Origin: Malacoraja senta
Taxonomy: Eukaryota
Assembly: GCA_038087875.1 (NCBI GenBank)
Contig: CM075996.1
Coordinates: 6,636,001-6,700,000, forward strand
Direction: 5' to 3'
DNA: 64,000 nt
The position numbers and the translations under genes were made by a program. A model generated the notes under the pieces. The model made no database searches and had not been told where the DNA came from. It saw only the letters and a list, made by a program, of their open reading frames with translations. Below, piece by piece: positions 28,861-40,816 of this stretch; the stretch's first letter is position 1, and each line of letters begins with the position of its first letter.

Positions 28861-29215
28861 ACGCCATTCGGCCTTCGAGCCAGCACCGCCATTCAATGTG
28901 ATTATGGCTGATTATCCCCAATTAGTACCCCGTTCCTGCCTTTTCTCCCATATCCCCTGACTCAGCTATCTTTAAGAGCCCTATCCAGCTCTCTCTTGAA
29001 AGCATCCAGAGAACCTGCCTCCACCGCTCTCTGAGGCAGAGAATTCCACAGACTCACAACTCTCTGTGAGAAAAATTGTTTCCTCGTCTCCGTTCTAAAT
29101 GGCTTACCCCTTATTCTTAAACTGTGGCCCCTGGTTCTGGACTCCCCCAACATCGGGAACATGTTTCCTGCCTCCAGCGTGTCCAAACCCTTAACAATCT
29201 TATACGTTTCATGGA
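28861..29215 (-). mobile_element. CR1 LINE 3' fragment
   Basis: SRTRGHSLRI..FFSQRVVSLWNSLP on the minus strand; abuts an assembly gap. Confidence 0.85.
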
Positions 29216-30449
29216 GTACAATCTAACCTGGTTCAATTAATCAAGCTCTGTGATTAAGTCAGAGAAAACCACGAGTCATTGGTGAAGTTACCACTGCCTG
29301 AAAATGAGCTAGAAAGGCGAAAGGAGTGGGTTCAACAAAGAATGGCAGCTTTTAATGGTTTTATACAAGATGTAAAGGTGTGGTTATCTGAAGTTGGACA
29401 GCAAACTACGCACTCCATAGCTGAAAGTGCCATACAACAACAGAGTGTTGTAAACTCAGATGACATTGGACCTGATGACAGTGTTTCAAATCTCAGCTTA
29501 AATTAAGCTACAAATCTAGTTCTTCATCACGTGCATCTTCAACGTCCTCTGCTCGCATTAAAGCTCAGGCAGAAAGGGCTGCTTTCTTGGGACGGGTTGC
29601 CGCCCTGAACAAAAGGCATGAGCTTGAGGCACAAGAAGAACAATTGGAAAGAGAGAAAGAACAAGTGGAAAGAAAGAAGTAACAGTTGAAAAGAGAGAAA
29701 GGACAGCTGGAACTAGAGACTGAGCTGGCAGCAACCAATGCAGAGATCAATGTATTTGAGGCCGGGATCAAGAAGCAGCTCTGGAGTAGTTGATGGGATG
29801 AGCTCTTATTTGAGAGGAGGAACTGCTCAAAAGGAAGCCAGCTAAATTAGATCCACATGCAGATGAACACTTGCCTGACCAAGTGCAACGGAGACATAAT
29901 GTGTTGATGGGAACTGAATCTTCCTCCCAGCAACAGGTTGTTAGACCAAAACAAACAACTCATGGACCATCTGTTGGAGCTCATGATATGACCCATCTAA
30001 CTCAATATTCTCTTCAAAGGCAAAACGTACAGACTCATATGCAAAACGGTGTGCAGGGGCATGTTCGCTCTCCCCCCCCCCCCCCGTACTGAATGATGGA
30101 AACCAAGGTGATATCTGTAACCTAATTCAGAGACAAAATGACATCATTGCTCTTCTGGCTCAACAAAATCTCTCTTCTACTTTACCACCTAGAGACATTC
30201 CTGTTTATGATGGTGACCCTTTGCAGTATGAAGTTTTTTCTTCACGGCATTTGAGAGAGGAGTGGAAAGAAAGATTAATGATAATTGTGATTGATTGCAT
30301 TTTCTAGAGCAATACACTAGAGGGCATCCAAAAGACTTAGTCTGCAGCTGCCAACATTTGCCTCCAGCCCAGGTCTATCAAAGAGTAGGAGATCTGCTTA
30401 AAGAACATTTTGGTAATTAACATAAGATTGCCACTGCATATATGGTCAA

Positions 30450-31314
30450 GGCAGTCGCCTGATGTGGGGGCGCCGTCGAGTATGGCTGCCCTGCCTGCAG
30501 CTGTATGTCCTTTCAACTTTTTTAATTTTTTTTAGTGTGTTAGTGTGTTTCGTTTTGGAGATCTTCTAGTCTATTTATGTGGGGGGGGGGGGAAGGGGGT
30601 AACTTTGTTTCTCAGTCCCTAACTGGTCGGAGATGCGGCTGTCCCCCGAGTCGCATCTTCGCCCCTTCCTCGCGGCCTACCATCGGGACTGGAGCGGCAT
30701 TTCCTGCCGGGCCCGGCCAGAACTTCAGCTTCGGTGGCGGCGCATCGCTGTAGGACCAGCGCGGAGCGGGCGATGACTTACCCGGGTCGCCGTGTGGTAA
30801 GCTCCGGAGTGCTGAGACCGCCGACTCCTACATCGAGGAGCTGTGGTTGCGGAGCGTCCAGCTGCGAGCGGCGCTGACTCTGAACACCGCGGAGCCTGGG
30901 ATCTCTCGCCGAGATCGCCAGTGTCGGAGCTCTGACCAGCGCTGCCTGTGGACTTCGGGAGCCGCAGTCTCGGGTAGGAAGCGGCCGTTCCAGACACTCC
31001 AAGCCGCTGAGAGTGTTCTCCCAACGCCGGAGCTCCATCATCCGGCGAGAGGGCCTGTAACATCGGGCCACCGTTGCGGCGACTGCGGAGGCCTCAATAG
31101 GCCCGACCATGGGTGAACAAGGGGAAGAGGACTGGACATTGTGCCTTCCCTCACAGTGGGAACCATCGTGGGGGGATGTTTTTATGTTTGGTGTTAAATT
31201 CTTTCATGTTGTGTCCTACATTTATTGGTGTGCTGCAAATGGCAACTCAAATTTCACTACACCAATTGGTGTATGTGACAATAAATGTCCTTTGTCCTTT
31301 TGTCCTTTGTCCTT
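30450..31314 (+). mobile_element. Non-autonomous non-LTR retroposon, GC-rich body with (TGTCCTT)n tail
   Basis: Interrupts BEL gag; TSD TGGTCAA at 30443-30449 and 31315-31321; AATAAA then tandem TGTCCTT tail. Confidence 0.75.
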
Positions 31315-31495
31315 TGGTCAATGATCAGAGCAGAGGATGTTCCTTAGAGGTTGTTGCAATGCAATGGAACATCTCACCCATGTGGAGGAAGTGAATGTTG
31401 CTTCCAATATGAAGACCATCCTTCTAAAACTGCCTTACAAGCACAGAGACAAGTGGAGAGATAGGGCATGTCAGCTGCAGGAAAGGTGTGGACAT

Positions 31496-32730
31496 CATAG
31501 AAACATAGAAACATAGAAAATAGGTGCAGTAGGCCATTCGGCCCTTCGAGCCTGCACCGCCATTCAATATGATCATTGCTGATCATCCAACTCAGTATCC
31601 TGTACCTGCCTTCTCTCCATACCACCTGATCCTTTTAGCCACAAGGGCCACATCTAACTCTCTCTTAAATATAGCCAATGAACTGGCCTCAACTACCTTC
31701 TGTGGCAGAGAATTCCACAGATTCACCACTCTCTGTGTGAAAAATGTTTTGCTCATCTCGGTCCTAAAAGGGTAGGAAGCGGTCCCCCTTATCCTTAAAC
31801 TGTGACCCCTTGTTCTGGACTTCCCCAACATCGGGAACAATCTTCCTGCATCTAGCCTGTCCAACCCCTTAAGAAATTTGTACTTTTCTATAAGATCCCC
31901 CCTCAATCTTCTAAATTTTAGCGAGTACAAGCCGAGTCTATCCAGTCTTTCTTCATATGAAAGTCCTGCCATCCCAGGAATCAGTCTGGTGAACCTTCTC
32001 TGTACTCCCTCTATGGCAAGAATGTCTTTCCTCAGATTAGGAGACCAAAACTGTACACAATACTCCAGGTGTGGTCTCACCAAGGCCCTGTACAACTGCA
32101 GTACAACCTCCCTGCTCCTATACTCAAATCCTTTTGCTATGAATGCTAACATACCATTTGCTTTCTTCACTGCCTGCTGCACCTGCATGCCTACTTTCAA
32201 TGACTGGTGTACCATGACACCCAGGTCTCGTTGCATCTCCCCTTTTCCTAATCGGCCACCATTCAGATAATAGTCTACTTTCCTGTTCTTGCCACCAAAG
32301 TGGATAACCTTACAGTTATCCACATTATACTGCATCTGCCATGCATTTTCCCACTCGCCCAACCTATCCAAGTCACCTTGCAGGCTCCTAGCATCCTCTT
32401 AGCATCCTCCTCACAGCTAACACTACCCCCCAGCTTCGTGTCATCCGCATACTTGGAGATGTTGCATTCAATTCCCTCGTCCAAATCATTAATATATATT
32501 GTAAATAGCTGGGGTCCCAGCACTGAGCCTTGCGGTACCCCACTAGTCACTGCCTGCCATTCTGAAAAGGACCCGTTTACTCCTACTCTTTGCTTCCTGT
32601 CTGCCAGCCAGTTCTCTATCCACATCAATACTGAACCTCCAATTCCGTGTGCTTTAAGTTTGCATACTAATATCGTGTGCTTTAAATTTGCATACTAAAT
32701 ACCGTGTGCTTTAAGTTTGCATACTAATAC
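31496..32730 (-). mobile_element. CR1 LINE 3' fragment including RT C-terminus, nested in BEL gag
   Basis: [48 protein letters not shown]; (CTATGTTT)n tail. Confidence 0.93.
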
Positions 32731-33766
32731 TTCGAGCTAGATTTTCTGACCTGGTAGACTTCATAGAAAGACAAGTGAAGATACTATCAGATCCATTTTT
32801 TGGAAACATCTTGGATGCTAGGCCAATTGCAACTGTCAAAAGCTCTAATTTAGCAAGGGAAAGGTCAAGACCAAGAGGAAGCAGTTTTGCAACAACTATG
32901 ATACTTGTAGAAACAGCAGTGCAAGAAAATCTGACAACAAATGGAATGAGAAGAGAAAGTTTCGGGCCGAAACCCTTCTTCAGTCTGAAGAAGGGTTTTG
33001 GCCCAAAACGTTGCCTATCTCCTTCGCTCCATAGATGCTGCTGCACCCGCTGAGTTTCTCCAGCATTTTTGTGTACCTTCGATTTTCCAGCATCTGCAGT
33101 TCCTTCTTAAAAACGGAATGAGAAGAGATGTATCTACCACCAATTCTCACGGTTCTTGTTTGTTCTATAATAAAGGTGGTCACACATTGGGGTGGTGTCC
33201 ACAGATCAGGAAGAATGTACAGAGAAAGGATAGACTTCTTAAAGGAGAAGGGAATCTGCTTTGGATGTTTGAAAATAGGACACATGAGGAAAGACTGCAA
33301 GAGTCGTTTGACTTGTGATGTGTGCAACCAAAATCATCCTGAAATACTTCACATTGAACAAAAGAACAAAGAGAAGAAGCCAGAGCATACAGAACAGAAT
33401 GAGAAGGCAATTGTTAGTAATGCAGTTCTCTCACCTCATATGTGTGGGCATATTGGGGCCAGTGATGATGGAAGTTCATCTACCTTTTACACAGAAAACT
33501 TGATGAGAAACTGAACATTACAGGACAAAAGACCAATATTCTCTTGTGTACCATGAACCAAGCGAAGCCTGTGATCAGTCATCATATCTCAGGTTTGGAA
33601 ATATCTAGCACTCAATGGCTTGAATCAGGAATAAGATCCAGAGTGCTATGCTTCAGCGAGGGATAAGGTGGAACTTTAATCCCCCAGCAGGATCCCATCA
33701 CAGTGGTGTTTGGGAACGATTGATCCGCATGGTTCGAAATGTGCTGCGCTCTGTCCTTAACCAACA

Positions 33767-34106
33767 AAAAATGTTCCCAATGTTGGGCGAGTCCAGAACC
33801 AGGGGCCACAGTCTTAGAATAAAGGGGAGGCCATTTAAGACTGAGGTGAGAAAAAACTTTTTCACCCAGAGAGTTGTGAATTTATGGAATTCCCTGCCAC
33901 AGAGGGCAGTGGAGGCCAAATCACTGGATGGATTTAAGAGAGAGTTAGATAGAGCTCTAGGGGCTAGTGGAGTCAAGGGATAGGGGGAGAAGGCAGGCAC
34001 GGGTTATTGATAGGGGACGATCAGCCATGATCACAATGAATGGCGGTGCTGGCTCGAAGGGCCGAATGGCCTCCTCCTGCACCTATTTTCTATGTTTCTA
34101 TGTTTC
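33767..34106 (+). mobile_element. CR1 LINE 3' end nested in BEL integrase
   Basis: MFPMLGESRTRGHSL...; CTATGTTT tail; short AACAA duplication; integrase frame resumes after it. Confidence 0.9.
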
Positions 34107-34826
34107 TAACAAGTTCTGGATGATGAAAGATTGCAAACTTTAATTTGTGAAGTTGAAGCAATTTTAAATGATCGACCCATTACCAAGCGTTCTGATGATC
34201 CAATGGACCTGGAAGCACTCACACCAACATTTTCTGTTGAAAACCAAGCCAATACTACCACCTGGACTCTTTGTAAAGGAAGACGTACATTAAACGCAGA
34301 TGGGGACAGGTGCAATATATGGCAGATCAATATATGGCAGATAAATGGCACCTCCACATAGGTGAGATGGTGGACACAAGAATACTGGCCTCTAATCCAA
34401 GAACGTCAATGGTGGTCAATGAGAAGCTTAGCTTCAGGTGACATTGTTGTGGTGGCTGATTCCACTGCACCACGAGGCTCCTGGCTAATGGGAAGAATAT
34501 TGGAGACCATACCAGACGCACAAGGTCTTGTGCGCACAGTTCGACTTCAGACTAAGAGCAACATCTTGGAAAGACCGATAACAAAGATATGTCGGCTCCA
34601 AGAAGCTGAGACCTACGGACAGCAAAGACTGGTGGCCCTAAAGATAAGGATATGAAAAACGAAGAGAAGAAGATTGAAGAATCACTAAAGAAGATTAAAT
34701 GCCAACATATACTATATACTTTTTTTTTTAAATGTGTAAAGGATTAGAGGGTGGTGTAAGGTATATAACTCCTTTTTATGTTTATTGGTAATTGTATTAT
34801 TTACGTAGGACAATTAGGGGCCGCTG

Positions 34827-35233
34827 TGTAGGAGCCATTTATGTTTAGGCTAGCTACTGTTGGCATATTATATTATTTTGTCTATATATATCTTGCAGTA
34901 TTATTTTGGACACTTGAGGGCGGTCATTAGATGCACAGGGTGGTGTATATTTGGGCATAAGGCACAGGAAGGGGCAGGCACAGGGAGGGAGAGCATACTG
35001 TTCTCACCAGACCAGGGACGGAGCAGCCAGCTACAACTTGCATGCAGAATAAGGAAAGCCTGGTACGTTCATCTCTTTGTTTGTACAGCTACTTCAATAA
35101 ACAACTGGAAATAACAACTGGAAGATCTGTTCTATTAGGTCTGCATAAGATCACTCCTACTTACGTACCTGTGTAGTAATGGCAAGAGGAAAAGAGGACA
35201 CTGGAGAAGTCAGAGGTTTGCCATTACACTACA
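34827..35233 (+). mobile_element. 3' LTR of the BEL/Pao element
   Basis: Follows a purine-rich ATTAGGGGCC tract; termini TGTAG...CTACA are inverted; internal AATAAA near 35096. Confidence 0.75.
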
Positions 35234-36789
35234 CATAACCTGTAAGTGTTGTTATCAAACAAAATGGGACAACTAGTCCCAAATTAAATGTTTGGTCAAA
35301 GAGCTGAGTTGATATGAACATTTTAAAAGTGGAAAAAGAAGAAGAGAACTTTGAGGGAACTTCCTGACTTTGAGTCCTTGCAACCAGAAAGGCTCAGCCT
35401 CCACAATTAGAATGAGGAGTTTCTCTTGTCAAAGGTTGGTGAATCTGTGGAATTCACACCCACCATCATTGGGAATTTTTAAGGGGGAGATTGACAGATT
35501 CTTGTTTACTAAGAGTGTCAAAGGTTATGTGGAGTAGCCAAGAGAAAGGAATTGAGAGGGAAAGATGGATCAGCTATGATTGAATGGCGGGGTACACTCG
35601 ATGGGCTGAATGGCCTAATTCTGCTCCTACGACACAAAACTACGAGGAATATCTGGGATATTTAAGAGACCAGAATTGGGAGAATGACTTCAACAAAGAA
35701 AAAAAAACTATCTCAAAATACTCAAACCACCTTCAAAATACTTTCATTTGAAGAAATGATTTTCCGATATATTTGAAATAATTGCAAACTGTTGATAATA
35801 TATATTTATATAATTGCACTAAAGTTGATGCTACATTTCAAAATCCATTGAATTCAGGATGTAAATCACAAAAAATCTTAAGAGTTTTAACAAGTTTTGA
35901 GTGAGACCATTGAAATATTATTCAAAGCTTCTATGCCATTCTCAGCGGCATGTAAAGATGAGTAAACTGATGAGAGATAAACAAGGACATGCAGTTGTAC
36001 AAAGTCATTTCTGGCCTCGTATCATCCTAAAACTGAATTAGATTAGTTTAGTTTATTGCCACGTGTAGAGTGAAATGTTTTTGTTGCGTGCTATCCAGTC
36101 AGTGGAAAAAGAATACATGATTACAATTGAGCTATTTACAGTGTATAGATACATGATGAGGGAATTACGTTTAGTGCAAGGTAAAGCCAACTGAGAGGAG
36201 TTTAAGAAGATCATAGTTAAAGTAAGAAATGTTGCTGTTAGACTAGAAATTTAAGAGTGTGGAGCGATTGTAATATGTGATTGTAAAGCTGCTTCTGTGG
36301 CTAGCATGCAAATAGTCGCCTGGTTGGATGTCATCTTGGAAGCAAACATACAAGTGAATTGTTGTCTTGGATATAAAGTAAAAAATGTGGCGGTTAATCG
36401 GTACATAGCAAGAGTTCACAATAAGCAATACAATTATGGCCAGATAAACTATTTTTTTAGTGCTGTACTAACTCAGTGGGTTAAGCAGCATGTCTGGAGA
36501 ACTTGGATAGGTGACTGTCTAGGTCAGGATGACCCTGAAATGTCTGAAAGTCTGAAGAAGGGTCCCAACCTTTACCTATCCATGTTCTCCAGGGATACTA
36601 AATGACCTGCTGAGTTACTCCAGCACTTTGTGAATTTACTGTTTTTGTCATTGCCTCATTATTTTCTGTAGGTACTTGCTGATGTGCACAAAATATGATT
36701 CCATGTTCTTAAATCCTTTGCAGCCTCCTCCAGCCCTACGACCCTCGGCGACATATAGGAGTCCACACCTAGATCAGTGGATACAGTAG

Positions 36790-37415
36790 ATGAGGAGCAA
36801 CTGTATATGCTATTCTAGGTGTGGATTCCTATATATCGGTGAGACGAAACGCAGACGGGGCGATCGTTTCGCTGAACACCTTTGCTCAGTCCCCCTTGGC
36901 CTACACGATTTTCCGGTTGCAAAACACTTTAATCCCCATTCCAATACTGACCTTTCTGGCCTGGGTCTTCTCCACTGTCAGAGTTAGGCCAAACGCAAAT
37001 TGCTTGGGCAGCTTACAATTCAGTGATATGAATATTGATGTCTCTAACTTTAAATAACCCTTGCATTCCCTCTCTCTCCATCCCTCCCCCACCCCAGTCG
37101 ACCTACTAGTTTCAGTGTCGTTCTACTTAGTTTCACTGTTTGTATCCACTTGTTATCACCTTCTCCGCAGCCAACAATGGGCCATTGTGGACTCCACCTT
37201 TCCATGATACTAGTTACTGGCTTTGATTTGTCCTTTTGCATACCTTTCATTCATTTGGCCTCTGTACTTTTTCTTACCCCTGGTTTTCCCTCTCCCCTGG
37301 CTCTCATTCTGAAGAAGGGTCTCGACCCCTATCCATTTTCTCCAGTGAGGCTGCCTAACCCGCTGAGTTACTCCAGCATTTTGTGCCTGACCCGCTGAGT
37401 TACTCCAGCATTCTG
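36790..37415 (+). mobile_element. Penelope-like element fragment
   Basis: CYSRCGFLYIGETKRRRGDRFAEH plus terminal repeat. Confidence 0.8.
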
Positions 37416-37779
37416 TTGTGCTGCTGCAAGTACGAATAGACAATAGGTGCATGAGTAGGCCATTCGGCCCTTCGACCCAGCACCGCCATTCAATGTGATC
37501 ATGGCTGATCATCCCCAATCAGTACCCCGTTCCTGCCTTCTCCCCATATCCCCTGACTCCGCTATCTTTAAGAGCCCTATCTAGCTCTCTCTTGAAAGCA
37601 TCCAGAGAACCGGCCTCCACCGCCCTCTGAGGCAGAGAATTCCACAGAGTCCACATGACAACAATGTCATTGTTCTATCTGGGACATATGACAATAACAG
37701 TGACTGTCGGCTACTTTGTCTTTCCCCTTCTTTTTTTGACTCTTGGCCTCTTGAATGGGGCAGCAATCCCAAGGAGGGC

Positions 37780-37969
37780 CAGTAGGGGGTGGCGGGATGC
37801 GATGACGCCAGCGCGCTGGGTGGTTTGGGGGCGGTTTGCGCGATGACGCCAGCGCGCTGGGTGCCGCGATGCTTCCCACCCCGGGGTGACGTCACGGCGG
37901 CGGTGTGTAGCGGATGACGTAGTGCACAGACGGCGACGGCGGTGGCGCGGCGAGCGGAGCGGGTTGTCC

Positions 37970-38014
<45 letters not shown>

Positions 38015-38200
38015 TGTGTGTGTTCGATGCCCGGAGGACTCGGTCCTTTAACTTCTCCTGCGAAGGCTCCGTCCGTCGGCCCGTACTCGGCTGTTGGAGA
38101 CGCGGAAGGGGACTGGAGTTCGTTTGCTGCCGAAAGAACTGGCGAGGGAGACGACGCACAGCAGGGTCCCAGCTCACAGCGACTCCGGGACGCTGGTGGA
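37780..38200 (+). promoter_or_regulatory. Probable JOSD1 CpG-island promoter / first non-coding exon
   Basis: CpG-rich; full CRE TGACGTCA at 37887-37894, further TGACG half sites, GC box, followed by a GT/GA microsatellite; about 1.5 kb upstream of the JOSD1 ATG. Confidence 0.7.
37969..38023. repeat. Compound (GT)n(GA)n(GT)n microsatellite
   Basis: Read directly from the sequence. Confidence 0.95.
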
Positions 38201-38439
38201 TCTTAAAGCTCAAGAGTGGGGGGGGGCAATCCTTGGGGGGCAATAGCCGCCATCGCTGTGTGTTTCCCCAAACTAGAGAACAAGATCCCCAGTGTTGTTG
38301 GGCATGGAGCAGAGGAGGATCCCATTGTAGTTCCCGGGACAGTGGGGTCCCCACGGTTAATCTGAGGGGGTACAGGAGGTCCCCAGAGTGAAAGCAGGGG
38401 AGAGGGGAGGCCTCCAGAGTGATAACAGGGGGAGAGGGG

Positions 38440-38732
38440 GGTCTCTCCAGAGTTTTACCCAAGCCAGAGAGTGGTCCCCAGAGTGATAGCAGAGGAGCTT
38501 GGGGGTCTCCAGAGTTTTATCCAAGCCAGAGAGTGGTCCCCAGAGTGATAGCAGAGGAGCTGGGGTTTCCAGAGCTTTAACCAAGCCAGAGAGTGGTCCC
38601 CAGAGTGATAGCAGAGGAGCTGGGGGGTCTCCATAGTTTTATCCAAGCCAGAGAGTGGTCCCCAGAGTGATAGCAGAGGAGCTGGGAGTCTCCAGAGTTT
38701 TATCCAAGCCAGAGAGGGGTCCCCAGAGTGAT
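38440..38732. repeat. About 61-bp minisatellite, about 5 copies, with degenerate flanks
   Basis: Unit CCAAGCCAGAGAGTGGTCCCCAGAGTGATAGCAGAGGAGCTGGGGGTCTCCAGAGTTTTAT. Confidence 0.92.
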
Positions 38733-39658
38733 ATCAAGGGTGAGAGGGGGGGGGGGTGGTCGTCAAACTGATCGTTGGGGTGAGGAGGGAACCAGAGTAA
38801 TTCTGAGGGGAGAAGGGGTTCTCCAGAGTGATTGCCAGGAGAGAGCTGGTTCCCAGAGTGATTTTTTTAGGGGAGAGGAGGGAACCCCAGTCAGCTTCAG
38901 GGAAGGGGGGTCCCCGGAGTGATTTTCAAGGGGGAAGGGGGGTCCCCAAAGCAATTTTGGGGGAAGGGGGAGGGGGGTCCCCAGAGTTATTCACAAGGGG
39001 GAAGGATAATCCTTGGAGTCATTACGAGAGCAAGGAGTGTACAGTCAGCACAGTTCCCAGGATAGAGAGGCCGTGTGGGGGGCAGGAACAGTGTGATTCT
39101 TAAAGTGCAGGTGGGAAATTGCAGAGGGGGGGGGGGGGGGGGGGCTCGAGGCTACCAGGAGCATCCTGTTGAGATTGCAGGACATGTCTGGAACAAGCAC
39201 GGATGCACAGGAGAGAGAGATCTGTGGGATGATCTGAAGATCTAAGAAGAATGCACCCAGAGAGACCAAGAATGTTCTTGCGGCAAAAGTTGAGGCTTAT
39301 CGAGAGATTATAAATATCACATTGGAATGGCTGGACTGCTGGGAACAAAACACTGACGTTTGTCTTCAAAGTGTTCTATTTGTAGGAAGAAAGTGTCCTT
39401 AAAAGATTCTCCCATTTTCCTGACCTTTCTTCATTGGAATCATACAGTATATTTTTCAAGAACCAGGAAGTAACCATTGCAAATCATTTGAATGTCACAG
39501 CTTTTGTTTGAATTTGATTGTTACGGAGTTGCGAAGATACCTGACGCTCAGAAGTCTTGACATGACTATAACGGACCTGGCATGTGAACTGAGCTCAGGG
39601 TGTACTTTTTCTTGAGGCTTGACCACGTTTCAGACAGTTCGTTTTGCTGAACTGAAAA

Positions 39659-39834
39659 ATGAGCTGTGTCCCTTGGAAAGGAGACAAGTTGAAACTGGAC
39701 TCTGATGTGCAGCCGCCCGCTTTGATTTACCACGAGAAGCAGAGAAGAGAGTTGTGTGCACTTCATGCTCTCAACAATGTCTTCCAGGACGGGAGAGCAT
39801 TCACCAGAGACACACTGCAGGAGATTTTCCAGAG
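39659..39834 (+). CDS. JOSD1: Josephin-1 deubiquitinase, first coding exon
   Basis: [10 protein letters not shown]...[34 protein letters not shown](R), includes the catalytic Cys motif; phase-2 GT donor at 39835; head-to-head with GTPBP1 as in human. Confidence 0.95.
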
Positions 39835-40788
39835 GTACTTGAAACAGGCGGAAAATATGTCACTCTGTACTGTGGATTAAACCGTGGAGTTGTTGGGCAA
39901 TACTTATGTTCGGGTTAATATGACCCTGGTTTGGTGGGAGGTTGAGGTAGAAGATAGACACAAAAATCCTGGAGTAACAGGCAGCATCTCTGGAGAGAAG
40001 GAATGGGTGACGTTTCAGGTCGAGACCCTTCTTCAGACTTCTCGACCCGAAACGTCACCCATTCCTTCTCTCCAGAGATGTCCCGCTGAGTTACTCCAGC
40101 ATTTTGTGTCTACCTTTGATATAAACCAGCATCTGCAGTTCTTTCCTACACATTTTGGAGGTACAAGATGGTAGGTTTGAATCCCATTCTGGGTAGAGCT
40201 AATGATGTAGGTTTAGTGTGGTAGTTTAGGAGGATTGTGCTGAAAGGGCTTGTCTTTTTTATTGCTGGATAAGATTTTAAGCTGATATTCTATCTGCTAT
40301 GTAGGGTGGGTGTTCTTGGTTTCTTGGTTAAAGAACATAGCTACTAATCAAAGACAAAGATCCCGATGTTGATTGGGTTAACATATTTGGAGTGTTTTTT
40401 GGCACAGGGCCTGTAATCACTGGAGTTTAGAAGGATGAGGGGGGCCTCATTGAAACCTACTGAATAATGTAAGGCCTAGATAGAGTGGATGTGGACAGGA
40501 TGTTTCCACTAGTGAGAGAGTCAAGAGGCCACAGCATCAGAATAAAAGGATGTACCTCTAGAATGGAGATGAGGAGGAATTTATTTACTTGTAGGAAGGA
40601 ACTGCAGATGTTGGTTTAAACTGCAGATAGACAAAAAATGCTGGAGTATCTCTGGGACAGGCAGCATCTCTGGAGAGAAGGAATGAGTCATGTTTCGGGT
40701 CGAGACCCTTCTTCTGACTGAGAGATTTGATTTAATGTAGTATTAGTGTAAATGGGTGGTTCACAATCAGCACGTACTTTAGTTCAGT

Positions 40789-40816
40789 CTGAAGAAGGGT
40801 CTCGACCCGAAACGTC
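40789..40816 (+). ncRNA. Hammerhead-ribozyme-like core
   Basis: CTGAAGAAGGGTCTCGACCCGAAACGTC, identical to the 50810 core; sense to the JOSD1 pre-mRNA. Confidence 0.65.

Larger units (their letters stand above)
29230..35233 (+). mobile_element. Decayed BEL/Pao LTR retrotransposon with nested insertions
   Basis: gag-like DGDPLQY, LEQYTRGHPKDLV, KLPYKHRDKWR, DLVDFIERQVKILSDPFFGNI; Zn knuckles CFGCLKIGHMRKDC/CDVCNQNHPEILH; integrase WNFNPPAGSHHSGVWERLIR; C-terminal PRGSWLMGRI..GLVRTVRL..ERPITKIC; many stops and frameshifts; left boundary approximate. Confidence 0.9.

Noticed and set aside
28394..28960. ORFs spanning N runs (also 54352-54866)
   Set aside because: Artefacts of translating across assembly gaps
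30725..31116. Overlapping ORFs in the GC-rich insert
   Set aside because: Low-complexity Arg/Ala/Ser-rich translations with no domain; expected from high GC content
37581..38462. 293-aa minus-strand ORF
   Set aside because: Runs through the CpG island, microsatellite and a CR1 fragment; no recognisable domain, and stop-poor GC-rich DNA explains it
38440..38732. CRISPR-like periodic array
   Set aside because: Whole units repeat with no unique spacers; this is a eukaryotic minisatellite
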